Positions 36,576 through 56,661 of a stretch of DNA of 64,000 nucleotides are shown one piece after another. The position numbers and the translations under genes are program-made. The stretch covers positions 11,964,818-12,028,817 of the forward strand of contig OZ037772.1 in the NCBI GenBank assembly GCA_964035545.1, in the 5' to 3' direction. A model generated the notes under the pieces. That model ran no database searches, was not told where the DNA came from, and saw nothing but the letters and a program-made list of their open reading frames with translations. Numbering within the stretch: the stretch's first letter is position 1; every line of letters starts with the position of its first letter. Source of the stretch: Bugula neritina (taxonomy: Eukaryota > Animalia > Bryozoa).

Positions 36576-39049
36576 TATATACTGTGAATTGTGAATATTG
36601 TGTGTGCATCTTTTCCTGTTATCTCTTTTTATATAATATGTTACCTATTTGCTGCTTAAACAATGACATCTATTGCATTGCATGTATACAGTCATATATA
36701 CAACAAATACTATATATCTGTTAATGCATCAGAAACGCTTTTTACATCAGTATATTTTCGTTAAGGGGACATTTGCCTTTCATGATTCTACTACTGACAC
36801 CATTGTATGTTAGTCAACTGCTGTTGATATACATTTTGTGTGTTATAGCGGCCATCTTTAACCAATACTAAAACTAATAAAGACTCAGCTGCTTTCCCTG
36901 GTCATATTAAGCATTAGCAAAACACAGCTGGTCATGTGATCATGCAGTTAACCCAAGCTACAGCATAATATAGTCAATAGAGTGATAAGCAATATATTTC
37001 AATAAATTGCAACAAACTTGTATATAAAATGTTTCCATCAACAAGTATATTATATATAAAACATCACCAGAATATAATACTAGTATCTATTGATTTTAAA
37101 GAATGCCTAGAACAGTTGATGTAAAATTTGGAAACCCATACAGTACTTTCTCACAAAACTATTTAAAGGAATGCAGTCACTCAAAGCTCATACTGGAATA
37201 GACGGATTCGGATTTGCTGATCAGTTTTGCTTAAATTAGTAGATGTTGAGCGATTTTATTGCAAGTTCTTAAACACAATTTCCAATCGCTAAAATATGTG
37301 AATATTTGTCTGAGGTGCATAGTCAATATATGTGAGGTTGACGTTTAACTCTTGCCTAGTATCAACAGACAAAGTCTATTCTCACAAAATGCTTTAACAT
37401 AAATACGAGTACATCCAGCTGCATTGAATTCTATGGCGATGGTCTGAAGCTAGTGCAAAATTAGTGATTGTCTCCCTTGCTTCTTTTGTTTGTATTATAC
37501 TTGGACACACAATGATAAAAAACTATAAATACAATTTTTAAAATCTTTGAAAATTATTTCAGTTTATAAAATATGTTAGAATGTTAAAACAAACAAAATA
37601 TTATCATAAATAAATTTATTTTAATATAAAGACACATTTTGATTATAATTTTAGCAAACATATATAACTCATTGCACACGCCCTGGTGCTAACTAATCTT
37701 GCTCCCAATGAAAAAGGTTAAATATATCACTTTATTTACCTGGTAAACCAGCTGACACAAAAGGTTGTAATTACGGTGATAATTATTATACATGTAGTTA
37801 CTTAAATCGTGGAAGGCAAACAAAGAGCTTCTAATGAATTCAAACTTGCAGTTTTCTTGCTTACAATATGGATGTCTTATTTTGTACACTACCTTTTATT
37901 TATTATAATATTTTCATTTTTCACAATTATTTTTAGAGCACTTTGTAGGGTAATTCCTTATGAGAAGACAACTCTACAGTCTACAATTTCTGCAGACATG
38001 TGACTAGTTATAGAGATGAATTTGCTAAGTAATAATGAAAAAACAGCAGCAGAGAATTTTTCAAAATACTACCATATTTGGTGAGAGAAAATAAAAGCAG
38101 CTATTCAATGAGAATATATTTTGTATATGTCACAGTTTTCAGCCTTAAATTTTAGATATTTGTAGCACATAATATTATATCAGTGCAAATACTGTTAGTC
38201 AACCAACTTTCAACTCACATGTCTCAGCAAGAGCGGGTCTGTTAGTAAACTTTCAACATGTATGCTCACTGTAACACAAGCCTCAGCTAAACTGGATCAT
38301 ATCTCCAAGTTTTATAATATATTCCTCAAGTGTTTTTGTTTATAGCTACTCCACACAATGCAGTATTTCTGTCACATTTATTTTTTAAAAGTGTTTTACA
38401 AATGAATTATTACCAATGTTTAGATATCTCTCAAGATGTTTGCTAATTTTATGCTATATTTCTGCATATTTTGTAAGTTTAACAGATAAAAGCACATTTG
38501 TAAAAAGATGCATTTTAGGCAAACTTCAGTTTTTTTTTCAAAAATATGAAATTAAAAGTGGAATCTTCTCATGTAACTGAAAAAAAGCAGTTGCGTCCAC
38601 TCGTGTAGCTCAATGCTACACAATACTTCCTGGTAATTATTGTGGGTGATTTAACAGCTTCATAATAGTTGCATAAAAACAAAATTTTAAAATTAGGAAT
38701 TGTCTCCCCATACATTTATTTTAAATTGAAAAACAATGTTTAGGAAGAACCGGACATAATTTGAACAGAAAATTAATTTTTGTTTCTAATTTGTATTTAA
38801 ATCATACAAAATGATGTATGAAACAAGCTTTTGCATTCAAAAAAAGACTCTTTTGGTAATATCACACCTGTGATTTATATGATTTTTTATTTCAGTAATG
38901 ACCAATTTACTTTTATCCCTATATGGGTTGCTGCTAGCACGTGAGTGGAAGAATGTGAATTAACCAGTGAACCTGATGCTGTTTCATAACAGGAGTTTGA
39001 GTCAGTAGCTCAGGCAATCTGGTGAAAAACTGCCTTTGCATGCAACTGT

Positions 39050-39218
39050 GCCTGGTTCACCGGGCTTGCCTGGTTCACCGGGCTTGCCTGGTTCACCGGG
39101 CTTGCCTGGTTCACCGGGCTTGCCTGGTTCACCGGGCTTGCCTGGTTCACCGGGCTTGCCTGGTTCACCGGGCTTGCCTGGTTCACCGGGCTTGCCTGGT
39201 TCACCGGGCTTGCCTGGT
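39050..39218. repeat. Perfect 18-bp tandem repeat, 9.4 copies
   Basis: Unit GCCTGGTTCACCGGGCTT; translates as (PGSPGL)n on + and (GKPGEP)n on -. Confidence 0.97.
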
Positions 39219-39378
39219 CCCCTGGCCTTTACCAAATATCTAATCCAATAGCATTCAAAATGCAACTTCAACTGAAGTGCCTCAATTTATCAGCATGCCA
39301 AAAAAAATTTCTAGCTTCCAAATACTAGATCTGGAGTTTTCTCCCTACACTTTTTCAGCATGCTGAAAATTTTTCCTG

Positions 39379-39997
39379 GCTTCCAAATTTTAGTTTTGGA
39401 GTTGTGTCCCCGTTTTGCTAAAACTCGGTAAAATATCACAAAATTGATGTTTTGCTGGGTAAAATGTAGGCTGTGGAGTTGTTCCCTCGATTTTTCCTAC
39501 AAAAAAGGAATGTTTTACAAAAAATAGCACTTCCTTGCCCTAGGCACTGTACCATTCCTAACAAAATTCGACAAAAAATACCTTTTATGTGGGAAAAACA
39601 TCAAAAATGGCACCTCCAGTGCACCAATTCCACACAGAATCCTCTAAAACGGCTCAAAAGCTACAAATTGATGCCAGTAGACCCGTACATTTCAGTTCTG
39701 AAAGGTTTCTGCGTAACCAGACCCATAAGCACAAGGCAACTGAATGCAGGTTTTACTATTTTAGGTCTGAATGGTTCTTTTTACTCATTCCATCACCAAA
39801 TAGACCCTTCCTATGTGGAACTGTAGCTAGGAGGTGCCATTTTTTGTTTTTTTTTTTTCTAAAAAGGGATTTTTTGTAGAAAAAACCGAGGGAACAACTC
39901 CACAGCCTACATTTTAACCCAGCAAAAACTCAGTTTTTCGATATTTTACTGCATTTTAGCGAAACGGGGACAAAACTCCAAATCTAAATTTGAAAGC
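39379..39997. mobile_element. Non-autonomous DNA transposon/foldback-like element with long imperfect inverted arms
   Basis: About 39379-39505 (…GGAGTTGTGTCCCCGTTT…TGCTGGGTAAAATGTAGGCTGTGGAGTTGTTCCCTCG…) is inverted at about 39872-39997. There is an inner inverted pair AAAAATGGCACCTCC / GGAGGTGCCATTTTT. The left end is locally duplicated at 39291-39345. Confidence 0.7.
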
Positions 39998-42900
39998 TAC
40001 AGCAAAAACTCCGTCCAATATCTTAATATTTCGGTGAGAACACAATTCCGGCATCTGCAATTTAGTAGCTAGCTGGAAAGTTGGTTCTATAAGTATAATC
40101 TATATTACTTCGAACAGTTGGAAAAGAACAGCCGGACTATCTGGATGGCAAAGCAATATTTGGGCACAAGACATGGTATCTAAACAGGTGCTAGACCTAT
40201 CTATGTGCACGAAGCACTTGATTGTGCTACAGCACCTGGTAACATCCTGCCTATGCTCACCAGGCATTGAACCATTGGGATTACCTGGCCTGCTAGTGTA
40301 AGCTGGCTACTCAGCTTACACACGCCATCAGACAATCAAGATGTCTCTACGGCCTGTTTACATGCACTTTAGCAAGCACACTCTGTATCACCATGAGTGT
40401 ACTGGTCACTACTGACATAATTGAAACATATAAATTTTAGGTGTCTTAATTTTAAAATAGCCGTTTTCATTGAAAATACTTATTCAATACATCATTTTAA
40501 TTGATTTAAAAGTAAGTCAAGTAATTTGAAATACTATTTTTGTTTATTCTATTTACTGTAGCTTATAAAATAATGTTTTGTCAATTTAAAATTAATGTAT
40601 GGGGAGACAAACCCTAATTTCCCAATGCTATACTCATTGAACTATAGTTTCAGTTCAGTGATTATACTTATACAATTAAGCACAATTAATAAAAGCTGGG
40701 AAATCAATCACAACAAGACTATCAAAATTACTGAGTTATTTTATAACTTTAAGCCGCATAAGTGGACCCAACTGTTGCAGTTTCTCACCTGGAATTACGT
40801 AAGACAGTCCAACTGCTATATCTCATTATTCTGATACAAACAAAACATTCTACCTTCTTTTATAACTGTGAATATTATTTGTAAACATCTCAGCTCTACA
40901 AAAGGAATGAATTGAAGTATTTATCATCAATATTACAAACTACATAATTACAAAGAGAGGAACACCTGAACATTATGTAATACTTTGATCTATTATTAGG
41001 TTTACTGTGTTATACTGCCTTAAACAAATGGGTTAAAGTTTTGTACTCAAACATATATAGGTGAGCAGTTGTTTGGACTACACTATAATATTGTGTACTG
41101 CAAATTGATATAAATGAAAATATCAATGATTTTCATGACTTCCTTACAGTTGACTTCATTTGACAGAGTATGATGTTGTAATAGATAATTAAATATTGAA
41201 GTTTTGAGAAAAGAGAAGGAAGACTATAGCAGCAAAACTTAATATAAACACTTAGATCTACCCTGAATTATAACTGCCAATAAACTCATGAAAAGTTATT
41301 GATGGGCTACTATGGGCTGTCAAAACACAACATACTTGTTATAAATGTTTCTTCGCATGTAACCCTAGTAGTGTAATGTTGTGAAAATACAGTCAATTAG
41401 TGCATGTGATCACGATTTTCAGAGTTGCGTTAATGGTCTTACTTTGTTTATTTAGAAAAAATCTTGCATATTTTCCACATAAGACAGTGACAATAAAGGT
41501 AGAGAAAATGTTATCAAACCAAATAACAGAGGGGGCTTTGGCTATAGACCAGGCGTATTCTACGACATGAGCGGATTACGATGAGATTTTATAGTTATTT
41601 GAATTATGACAGTACCAGCAGTGATATACACTGTCTGAACCGTAGGCCAAGGGTGTGTTTTGCAACACTAAGTGCGATTTTACTAGATAACCTCAGCTGC
41701 ATTAGTAAGTTGATTGAACAACTTAGTCTGATAATTACCTTTTGTGCAACTATAGTAAGGTTCGCAAGTCAAATCGTGTGAATATAACTGTGCGCTATAA
41801 ACACACTCTTATGAAACACCACTAGCGTATTGGTAGTAGTTGAATCGTCATTGCTTAGAAAACGGTGTGCAAGGTACTTTATAGTTTTATAATAAAGTAG
41901 GATTTGTTTATATTGTATTGAAAATTCATTAAATTTATTATATCTTTTTCTTTTATTTTTAAAAAAATATAAAAATATTTTACTTTGTCTTTTTTTAAAT
42001 AAAAATGTTATTTGATACAAAGATACGTATTAAAGTCCAAGGGAGATAAACCCTAAAATCTAAATCTAACCATGAACGAACAATATCGCGAGTCATAATT
42101 ATTATGATTGTGTTATTTGAATTGAATTGGGTTGTAGTTGCGCAAGACAACTCTCTTATGATAATCAAAGTATATAAGAAGTTAGAAAACTGGCAGTTCT
42201 AAGATTCACAGCATGCAGTTATAAAACTCATTACTAGTTGTACTGTGTTGGCTATGAATAACGAATTCTTCTGGCTGAAACGGACAAGTGTAAGCTACAA
42301 ATTACAGCAATATATAATAAAGTTCATTTAATAATTGCAACCATTTTACGTAATCTGTTCATTAATCTGAAGAACTTGGACAGTTGACAAACAGTTTAAC
42401 TGAACTAGTGTACTGTAACTTGTATCATAGTTTATTCTTCACACACAGGACAGAGTAGCACAACTATATGGTAATGTTTATAAACTGTTGTTAAGAAGGG
42501 GCTCTTCAGTATATTATAGAACCTCCTATAGAATTATTCTGAACTTTAGGCTTGTAACCAACTAAGTTTAACTACAAGCAACGAATTATTGTAGAATAAC
42601 ATTCATCAAGTGCACATATTGCCTGTATGAACTGCAGTATTGGTGTGACAACTCCTTCCACACAGCTTCTATCAGATGATATTATATTGTTTTAAATAAC
42701 TCAACATTTGAAGGCAGTAGATTTTTTATAAACAGTCTAATTGATTAGTCTAGGAATTCAACTGCAGATTGCCATTAATGCTGCAGGAAACACTTTAAAA
42801 TGATGCTGAATACTTTCCTTCTGTGCATATAGACTAGATTCTATACTCTCCATAACGAGAGAATATAAGGCTAAAGGTCATTAAATTACCTGAAGATATT

Positions 42901-43394
42901 TTGGCTCTATTAATATCAGGCATCTATTAGAACACTGCCTTTTACATAGATTCAATTGGTAATGGTTATTTTGTGAGAGTACATGCAGCAAAAGGTGTCA
43001 TTCCACCAAATATTTGTAATCGTAAGGGTAATTTTCATTAACATAACATTAACATTGCACACTGTTATTCACAACTTAATCAAATTAAAATTATTATATT
43101 GTTTGGCTCAATTTTGTTAAAAAGACAAAGTTATCAATAAGCATGAAAAAGACAAGGGAGACAACCTCCAAATTGTGTAACCAACAAAGCTACTGTAATA
43201 AAATCTATTCTTACATATTATTATAATAAGCATGCTTACTGTTAGTCAGACGTGTAGGATACACTTTGTACATAGTATATAAAGCTGTTTGACTAGAAAA
43301 AGTAATGTATCATTGGTGAGTGCACATGGATCATTAATTCAAGTTTTAAAACTTTTACTAACTGCATGGTATATATATTTGTTTCAAGATGGAG

Positions 43395-43550
43395 CAGCAG
43401 TGAACACAGAGTCATGGGTTTGAACCCCATGCAGTTAAGGTTATTGGTGATGTTAGGAAGAGCATCTATAGTCGTAATTTCTATGAATAATGAAATGAAT
43501 AGCCTGCAAATGTTTCTCACAGGGATAGTGACTAGTAAATTTTCGTGAGA
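43395..43550 (+). mobile_element. Degenerate copy of the tRNA-derived SINE at about 51 kb
   Basis: B-box-like GGGTTTGAACCCC, then GTGATGTTAGGAAGAGCATCT and GTTTCTCACAGGGATA...CGTGAG, shared with the reverse complement of 50945-51125. Confidence 0.65.
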
Positions 43551-43828
43551 TTTTTCATACGCTTGTTTCAAGAGTTGCACTCAGGTATAGTTATAGTACT
43601 ATTAAGTTTTGATAAATCAAGACTTGAAATAAAGCATTGTCTATTGGATCAGGACAACTCGACTAGCACAGAATCATTATTTAGTTGGTATCAGCATTCT
43701 GCAAGAACATTAAGCTGGACAAAGCAATCTTAGAGATATTATATCATAACGTAAATAATGCTTTCAGAAATCTCGCATTTTCAAACAAGCAACTAAAAGT
43801 AGAGAATAAAAAGCTGCTGGCAGCTAAG

Positions 43829-50550
<6,722 letters not shown>

Positions 50551-50939
50551 AACTAGAACTCAGGCTATAAATCAACCTGAGGGAAACTCTCCTCATCTAA
50601 CTCAGATCTGAGCTGTTCGGGTAGCAGATGATTGACCTCTGTAATTCTATTAAGTTATATGAACTGAAGCTTTCAACTGTATCTGCTACTCAAAATAAAT
50701 ATATGCTAATTATTTCTGGTATTAATTTATTAATTTCAATATTATTGCAAATGCACTTTAATTTATTCGAAACTTCAAATGTTTCATATAATAGTATGCC
50801 TTGACATGGCAGTTGCTGGCAATCAGCAGCCATATTAAAAATACTCCTCCAAGCTATTTGAATAATATTGTGTTACTAAGTCTTCCAAAATATAATAACT
50901 AATTCTGTAAAACTAAAATAGTTATTTTACACTCAGATG

Positions 50940-51165
50940 ACTCAGACTCACGCAAGTTTATAGTCGCTATATATCCCTGTGAGAAACCCCTGATGGAAAG
51001 GGTTTTTGTTAAATCAGGCTAATTGGACTTATTCAGATGGAGCACAGGAGCAATTATGACTGGATACTCTTTCTAACATCACTTTAATGGCCTTTGTCGG
51101 GGTTCGAACCCACGACTTCATGTTCCCAAAGCAAACGCTTTAACCCCTAGACCACGGCTGCTCCC
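50940..51165 (-). mobile_element. tRNA-derived SINE
   Basis: The minus strand begins GGGAGCAGCCGTGGTCTAGGGGTTAAAGCG (A box) ... GTGGGTTCGAACCCCG (B box). Acceptor and anticodon stems do not pair, and the body recurs at about 43.4 kb. Confidence 0.75.
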
Positions 51166-53635
51166 TCAGATAGCGTAGAAAAATAACTAAACACATATAC
51201 AATGCATCATCTGCATGCTTCATAATTATTCTTTTCAACTTTTCACAGCACTTCTCTATTCAGTATCCACAGCAGTTCTCTATTTAGTATCCACAAGCAT
51301 AATATTAAGATACTTTTATACAATTGAAAATATTTCCTATATTATGATTTTGTAGAATTTATAAAGCAGGAAATTAGTGCTGCACCTATGAAATGGTTAT
51401 ATATAAAAACAGTAGAGCCTGTAGAAATTGTAGCAGAATGTTAGCTCTATATATAGTATAGTAATAATATAGTAAAATAATTAGCTTGCCTTGAATCTTT
51501 CCCTGGTTGAAACTGGTATACCCTCTGCTGATGGATGAATTAACATAAACCTATTTTTTACTCTCAGTAACTACGTATATTAATAAATATATTTAAATAA
51601 TTTACATTTGCAAATCACATGCTTTACATATTGTAGCCTGCCAAACAAATTAAAACTAGAATGCTCTTCCAAATAACATAACATATACTACAAAAGTAAA
51701 TCAGAAGTTAAATATGCTAATTTTAAACAAACTATATCATTGTATCACTATCATAGTTTGAACAATTTCCCATTTTAATAATCAAGTTTCAAATGCTCAG
51801 GTTAATGCATAGCTGCACGTACTACAAAACTCAAACTAGTAAATAACCATGATATATTATATACAATTCCAGCACAGCCAGAGTTATTCTCAACACATGT
51901 TTGACACAATGCCAACTTCACTATTCAAAGGTTCTAATTTAGTTTAAATCGAATAAGTTGCAACACTCTCTTGGTTTGGTTATATTTTTTGATTCTCTGT
52001 TCACTTTTAATGCCAATAATTTAATTTTACAAATTATCAAAAACTATTTGATGTGTGAAAATTCAATTGACTGCAGATTTTTAATCGTATTTTGTTTGAA
52101 GATTAGAATTAAACTTTTAATACTGATTCACTGGGTTATTAGCAATAGAGGTGCCACCAGTTAGATAGCTTTTATAGCTTTCTCATGTAGCACAGATTGA
52201 ATTCACATTTATATAGTGTTTGTATTCAGAAGGTAACGCCAAACCTTCTCCACATGTATTAGCTAATTCTATGTAACTGTAGAGTATCTTTCAGATTGTC
52301 TACACATTATATACACAACACATGCTAAAATATAAAGTCATACGCTAAACTATAGTGTTCTATGCAAAACATAACGTCGCACACTAAACTATGTATAGTG
52401 TCATACCATATTCAGACTATTAGAAATTACAAGCAACTTGGCAAAAACAGCTTTACCCAGAATGCTGTGCACATGACCTGGGTTCTACTGATTAATTTTT
52501 ATATAGGATTTAGCTTTGAGATGCTATATTCATTATAACTAGCGATGTTTTTGAGACTCAAATTTTGTCAAAAGTAGCTTTTTTAGATCTAACAAAAGCA
52601 GTAGTTACTTCATTCAATTTATGTGTTTCACTTTTTCAGCTACGTGCATATGACAAGCTCAATTTCAAAAGTTTCGTATTTAAAATCTTTAAACAAATAT
52701 TTACCAACAGGTGAGCTGATTGAGTGTTTAAACGGCTATTGGCTCATAAAGTTAGACATTTAAATCAGAACTAGCAGCTACTTTTATATTTCCGACCATG
52801 AGTTCAACTTCTGAACGTGTCTTAAAATTAGCGATGGTGAATCATTCGCCATCTAAAACAGGCATTCTAGTTGTTTATCAAAGAATGTAGAATTCTGTCA
52901 CGAATGAGTGCATTAGGAAGAAAACTATCAGCATATTACACATACCAAGCTGCTTAGCTCAACCTTAGTAATGCATGCAGAAACATCCATGGAAAATACC
53001 ATAACCTGATTCTGCCATGTGAATAGCATCTTCAATATAATATTATTTTACACTAAAACCTGTATATTGAGGCTGGCACATTGTTCATAAATGTGTTCTA
53101 TTTTGGTAGAATATAATACTAAATGATTAGTGGCCATTTAATCTCTATTTTGAAGTCAAGACACTATCAATAAGACAATTTCATTTTGACAAATTTGCAA
53201 ATAAATAGAGCAATTTTGCAAATCAAGTTAATAAGATTATAGGATTGAGACATATATAGCTGTTGTTAAGCATCTGTTGCTAAGCATCGGTTGCATAGCA
53301 ACAAAATTGTCACATGGTTGATTTTATACAGAGGCATTTTATTAAGAAGTTCTCAACTTCGCAATTGCAATAAAGAAAAGAAGAAAATGCATGCATTTCA
53401 TTGTTAAGTCACTTGCAGTATCTTGATTAGAAATTATTGGTTAATGATTCTAAGAAATATCAAACAAATATAAGAGATAGATCAGTCAAAATTGATTATT
53501 GAAAGTTAGTTTAAAAGGTATAACAAAATTATTACAGTTTAACAAGGAAAAGTATTACAAGAAAATACTTAAAAGACACCAATATATAATTAAACTCTAA
53601 GCACCCATATTAGATACATCATGTTTTAAAAGTTA

Positions 53636-54998
53636 TTAGGGTCTGTAGGGTTTATACACTGGCTGACAGTAATGTATACTAAGATATCTGGGCACATTGC
53701 CAACATCTTATTTCTCTGGTTCTCAGGTCACATTCTTCTCTAGTTCCGTCTATTATAAATGAGGGGTACTTGCAGCATCCATAGTAACCCTGAACCAAAC
53801 AATATTCCATATCATTATCTGTTAGCTCGATACCTTTATGGGGGACACAACTCTCAATAGAAAAGAATAAAAGGCGATTGTTGGGAAACCACATCTTAGC
53901 ATATTCAATGAATCAAATCAAATTAATCATCAATTAAATTAACAATGAATGAATATTTCTTATAAATTTGTAGCAAAATAATGTTAAAGCTTTACTCTTT
54001 AAAAACAATAACATATTATACAACGTGTACACATGGCAGGCTACAGGCTAAGCAGCGTTTTGTTGTGCTGCTACTGAGGGGCTGAGTTTACCACCCGCAC
54101 TTTTGCAAAACACACTCAGATCTGCTTATTCTAACATTAAATTATATCTTTATAACTGTATCGGTTAGTATAGTCATCATGCATGCATTAAGTATTTATT
54201 CTGCAATTAATTACAAGGCAAATGATAAGGCATAATTGAAATTTAAGTTGGTTTCTAATTTGCAAAAACCATCTGATATGGTAATTATTTTAGAGCAATT
54301 CATTTGTTAGCTTCTGATTCATGATTTTTGTTGCACTCGTTTGACATGCGAATCATTGATTGAATAAGCGAGACCTCAGACTAAAACCAACTGATGAGTC
54401 ACGCGACATTCTCGTTTAATTTCACCATTTGTCTCATTTGTCACAATAAATTATTCACTTTGAATGCTTATTTGCATATCTTACCAAAATAGAAAAAAAT
54501 TATATTGGCGGCATTAAAACTTTTCAAACATGTGGGTGAAAGAAACTCATGTGCCCTTGAAGAATAAAAAGTAGTTTCAAGAATTAGAAATAATTTTTTT
54601 TCTCAACAATGGAGATTTGTCTTTTAATACTAAGGAGTAGCCAGTTGTTTGGCTGATAATGCATACATGCACTGTTTGTGGTAAAAAAAGGATGTGTTTT
54701 AATTTTACCTCTTATAAAATTTCCTTTAGTAAAGGATGCTTACAAAGTTAAAACATCGTAGATTTTCATTCTTCATTTTCAAATATATTAATCAATTTTC
54801 ATATGAAAGTTATAAATTATATTTCATTATATTTTTCAACAGCTGACTTTAGTAAGTTTTGAGTTTGAAAGTTAAGCCAAAGTCAAGAAAATTTACTTAT
54901 ATCATCAAATAAAATTCTATATATTAGAACTTGAAATGAATTAACAGACTTACACCAATAGCGTGTGAAGTGGTAAAAATACAGCCCAGAACAGGCAT
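53636..54998 (-). pseudogene. Decayed copy of the small Cys-rich secreted peptide gene
   Basis: Exons 54998-54954 and 53789-53636. The ancestral ATG is ACG. A deletion removes most of the signal h-region (now MPVLGCIFTTSHAIG). A +1 insertion after REIRC gives a premature stop at 53679; the corrected frame reads GNVPRYLSIHYCQPVYKPYRP*, with one Cys changed to Ser. Confidence 0.75.
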
Positions 54999-56661
54999 AG
55001 CTTCGTTGTTGTTTTTGATGAGTAACTGTGAATTAAGACAGACTTTAAACTTGCAAATAAACATATTAAAAATAATACTGATACTAACTTAAAACTACTG
55101 TTTAACCTTAAAATATACAACAGTATTGTTCCTTAAAAAACTGCATTGCTTTAACTGTGGTATACATAACTACTAGGTTTTATTATACTAATGGTAAACT
55201 TGAGGTGCATGAACCTATTGGAAAGATCATGTTCAAACACAAATGATAAGCAATGGCATGGTAATCTAATATGCAAATAAGTTCTCTAATACTATACCAG
55301 CACTTGCAGACGCTCTAGGTGCTATAATACCTCCAAGGCTTAAGTAAGGAAACAGTTTTTGCATAGCTGCAGATGTGTGGTACTCTGTAAATGATTTAGC
55401 CTCTCCTTATATAATACTTAGGACTTTGTTGAATTAGCCAATCAGCCTTGTAAATACTCCATCTGCTGGTCACACCACCAAAACAAATATAGCGCAGCAA
55501 TATGTTTATGACTTCCTAGGACACTCATAGCACAACAATAACGCACTGCAGCTACATTAGATACCACATTCTTTATATTTGAGGAGTACTAGTTTGACCT
55601 TTGACCTATTGAAACATGCTGGCACATCGTATTTTCACTGAACTTTAACTTGATTGCAGTAACTTTATTTAACACTCACTGGAGCTCCATTATAGATTGA
55701 TCTTAATTCTTAATTCGATTTTGGGCCCATATGGTGTGAAAAGTTGGCACTTGTGAAGCTGCTTCCTCTTATGTAACGGGTACTTTAAACCCCCCCCCCC
55801 CCCAACACATACACACAGACATGCATACAATTAATCTATAATGCAGTAAGAAAATATTCATATATATCTTAGATATCATATTCAGGTACTTTGAGGGTTG
55901 CATGCTTTAACAATAGCAAATATTTTATTATAAAGTTTGTGCAAATATATGTATTGAATTAATTTGGAATTTGTGATGCTTGCTGATAACCGTTCCAGTT
56001 GACTCTGTCATTACATTCTAGAGCTAATAGTGGTTATTGTTAAAGCTTGTTGCAGCAGCACAGCTTAATCACACAGCTAGCTTGAAATTTGTAGCTTTAA
56101 ACTTTTAAGTCAACTGGAGCAACTAAAATCAATCGTTGCCATTGTTCAATAGGTTAAACTGAGATAATGGCCATAAAACAACCAGTTATTCTGCACTAAG
56201 ATGCACCTGCATAGCATTAAGTTGGCATGAAGTCCTTGTCAACAGATAGTAGAATTATTTCAGCCGTTGAAGTAATTATCAAGTGCATGTTTTAAATGTT
56301 TTATTGAATTGCTTCACCTGTAACTGTTTAGTGCTAGATATCAAAGTGTTACATGATTGATTTCATTAAGAAGCATATAAAAATCTTACACTTTGCAATT
56401 GCAATAAATAAAAGGGAAAAATACATGCATTGCTAACTCACTTGCATAATCATGATGAGATTTATAAATGATGATTTAAAAAGTAATATAAAATGAGTAC
56501 TGCAAGAGAAAAAGTCAAAATTGATTAGTAAAAGCTAGTTTAAAAAACGTATAAAAATACTATTAAAGTTCAGCAAAGAAATGTATATTACGAAATTCAA
56601 TACTTATATACATAGACACCAATACATACTTTTAGCACCCAACCTGAAATATGGTTCAAGT

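Noticed and set aside
51086-51165. tRNA gene
   Set aside because: A and B boxes are present, but the acceptor and anticodon stems do not pair and the sequence continues into a repeated SINE body.
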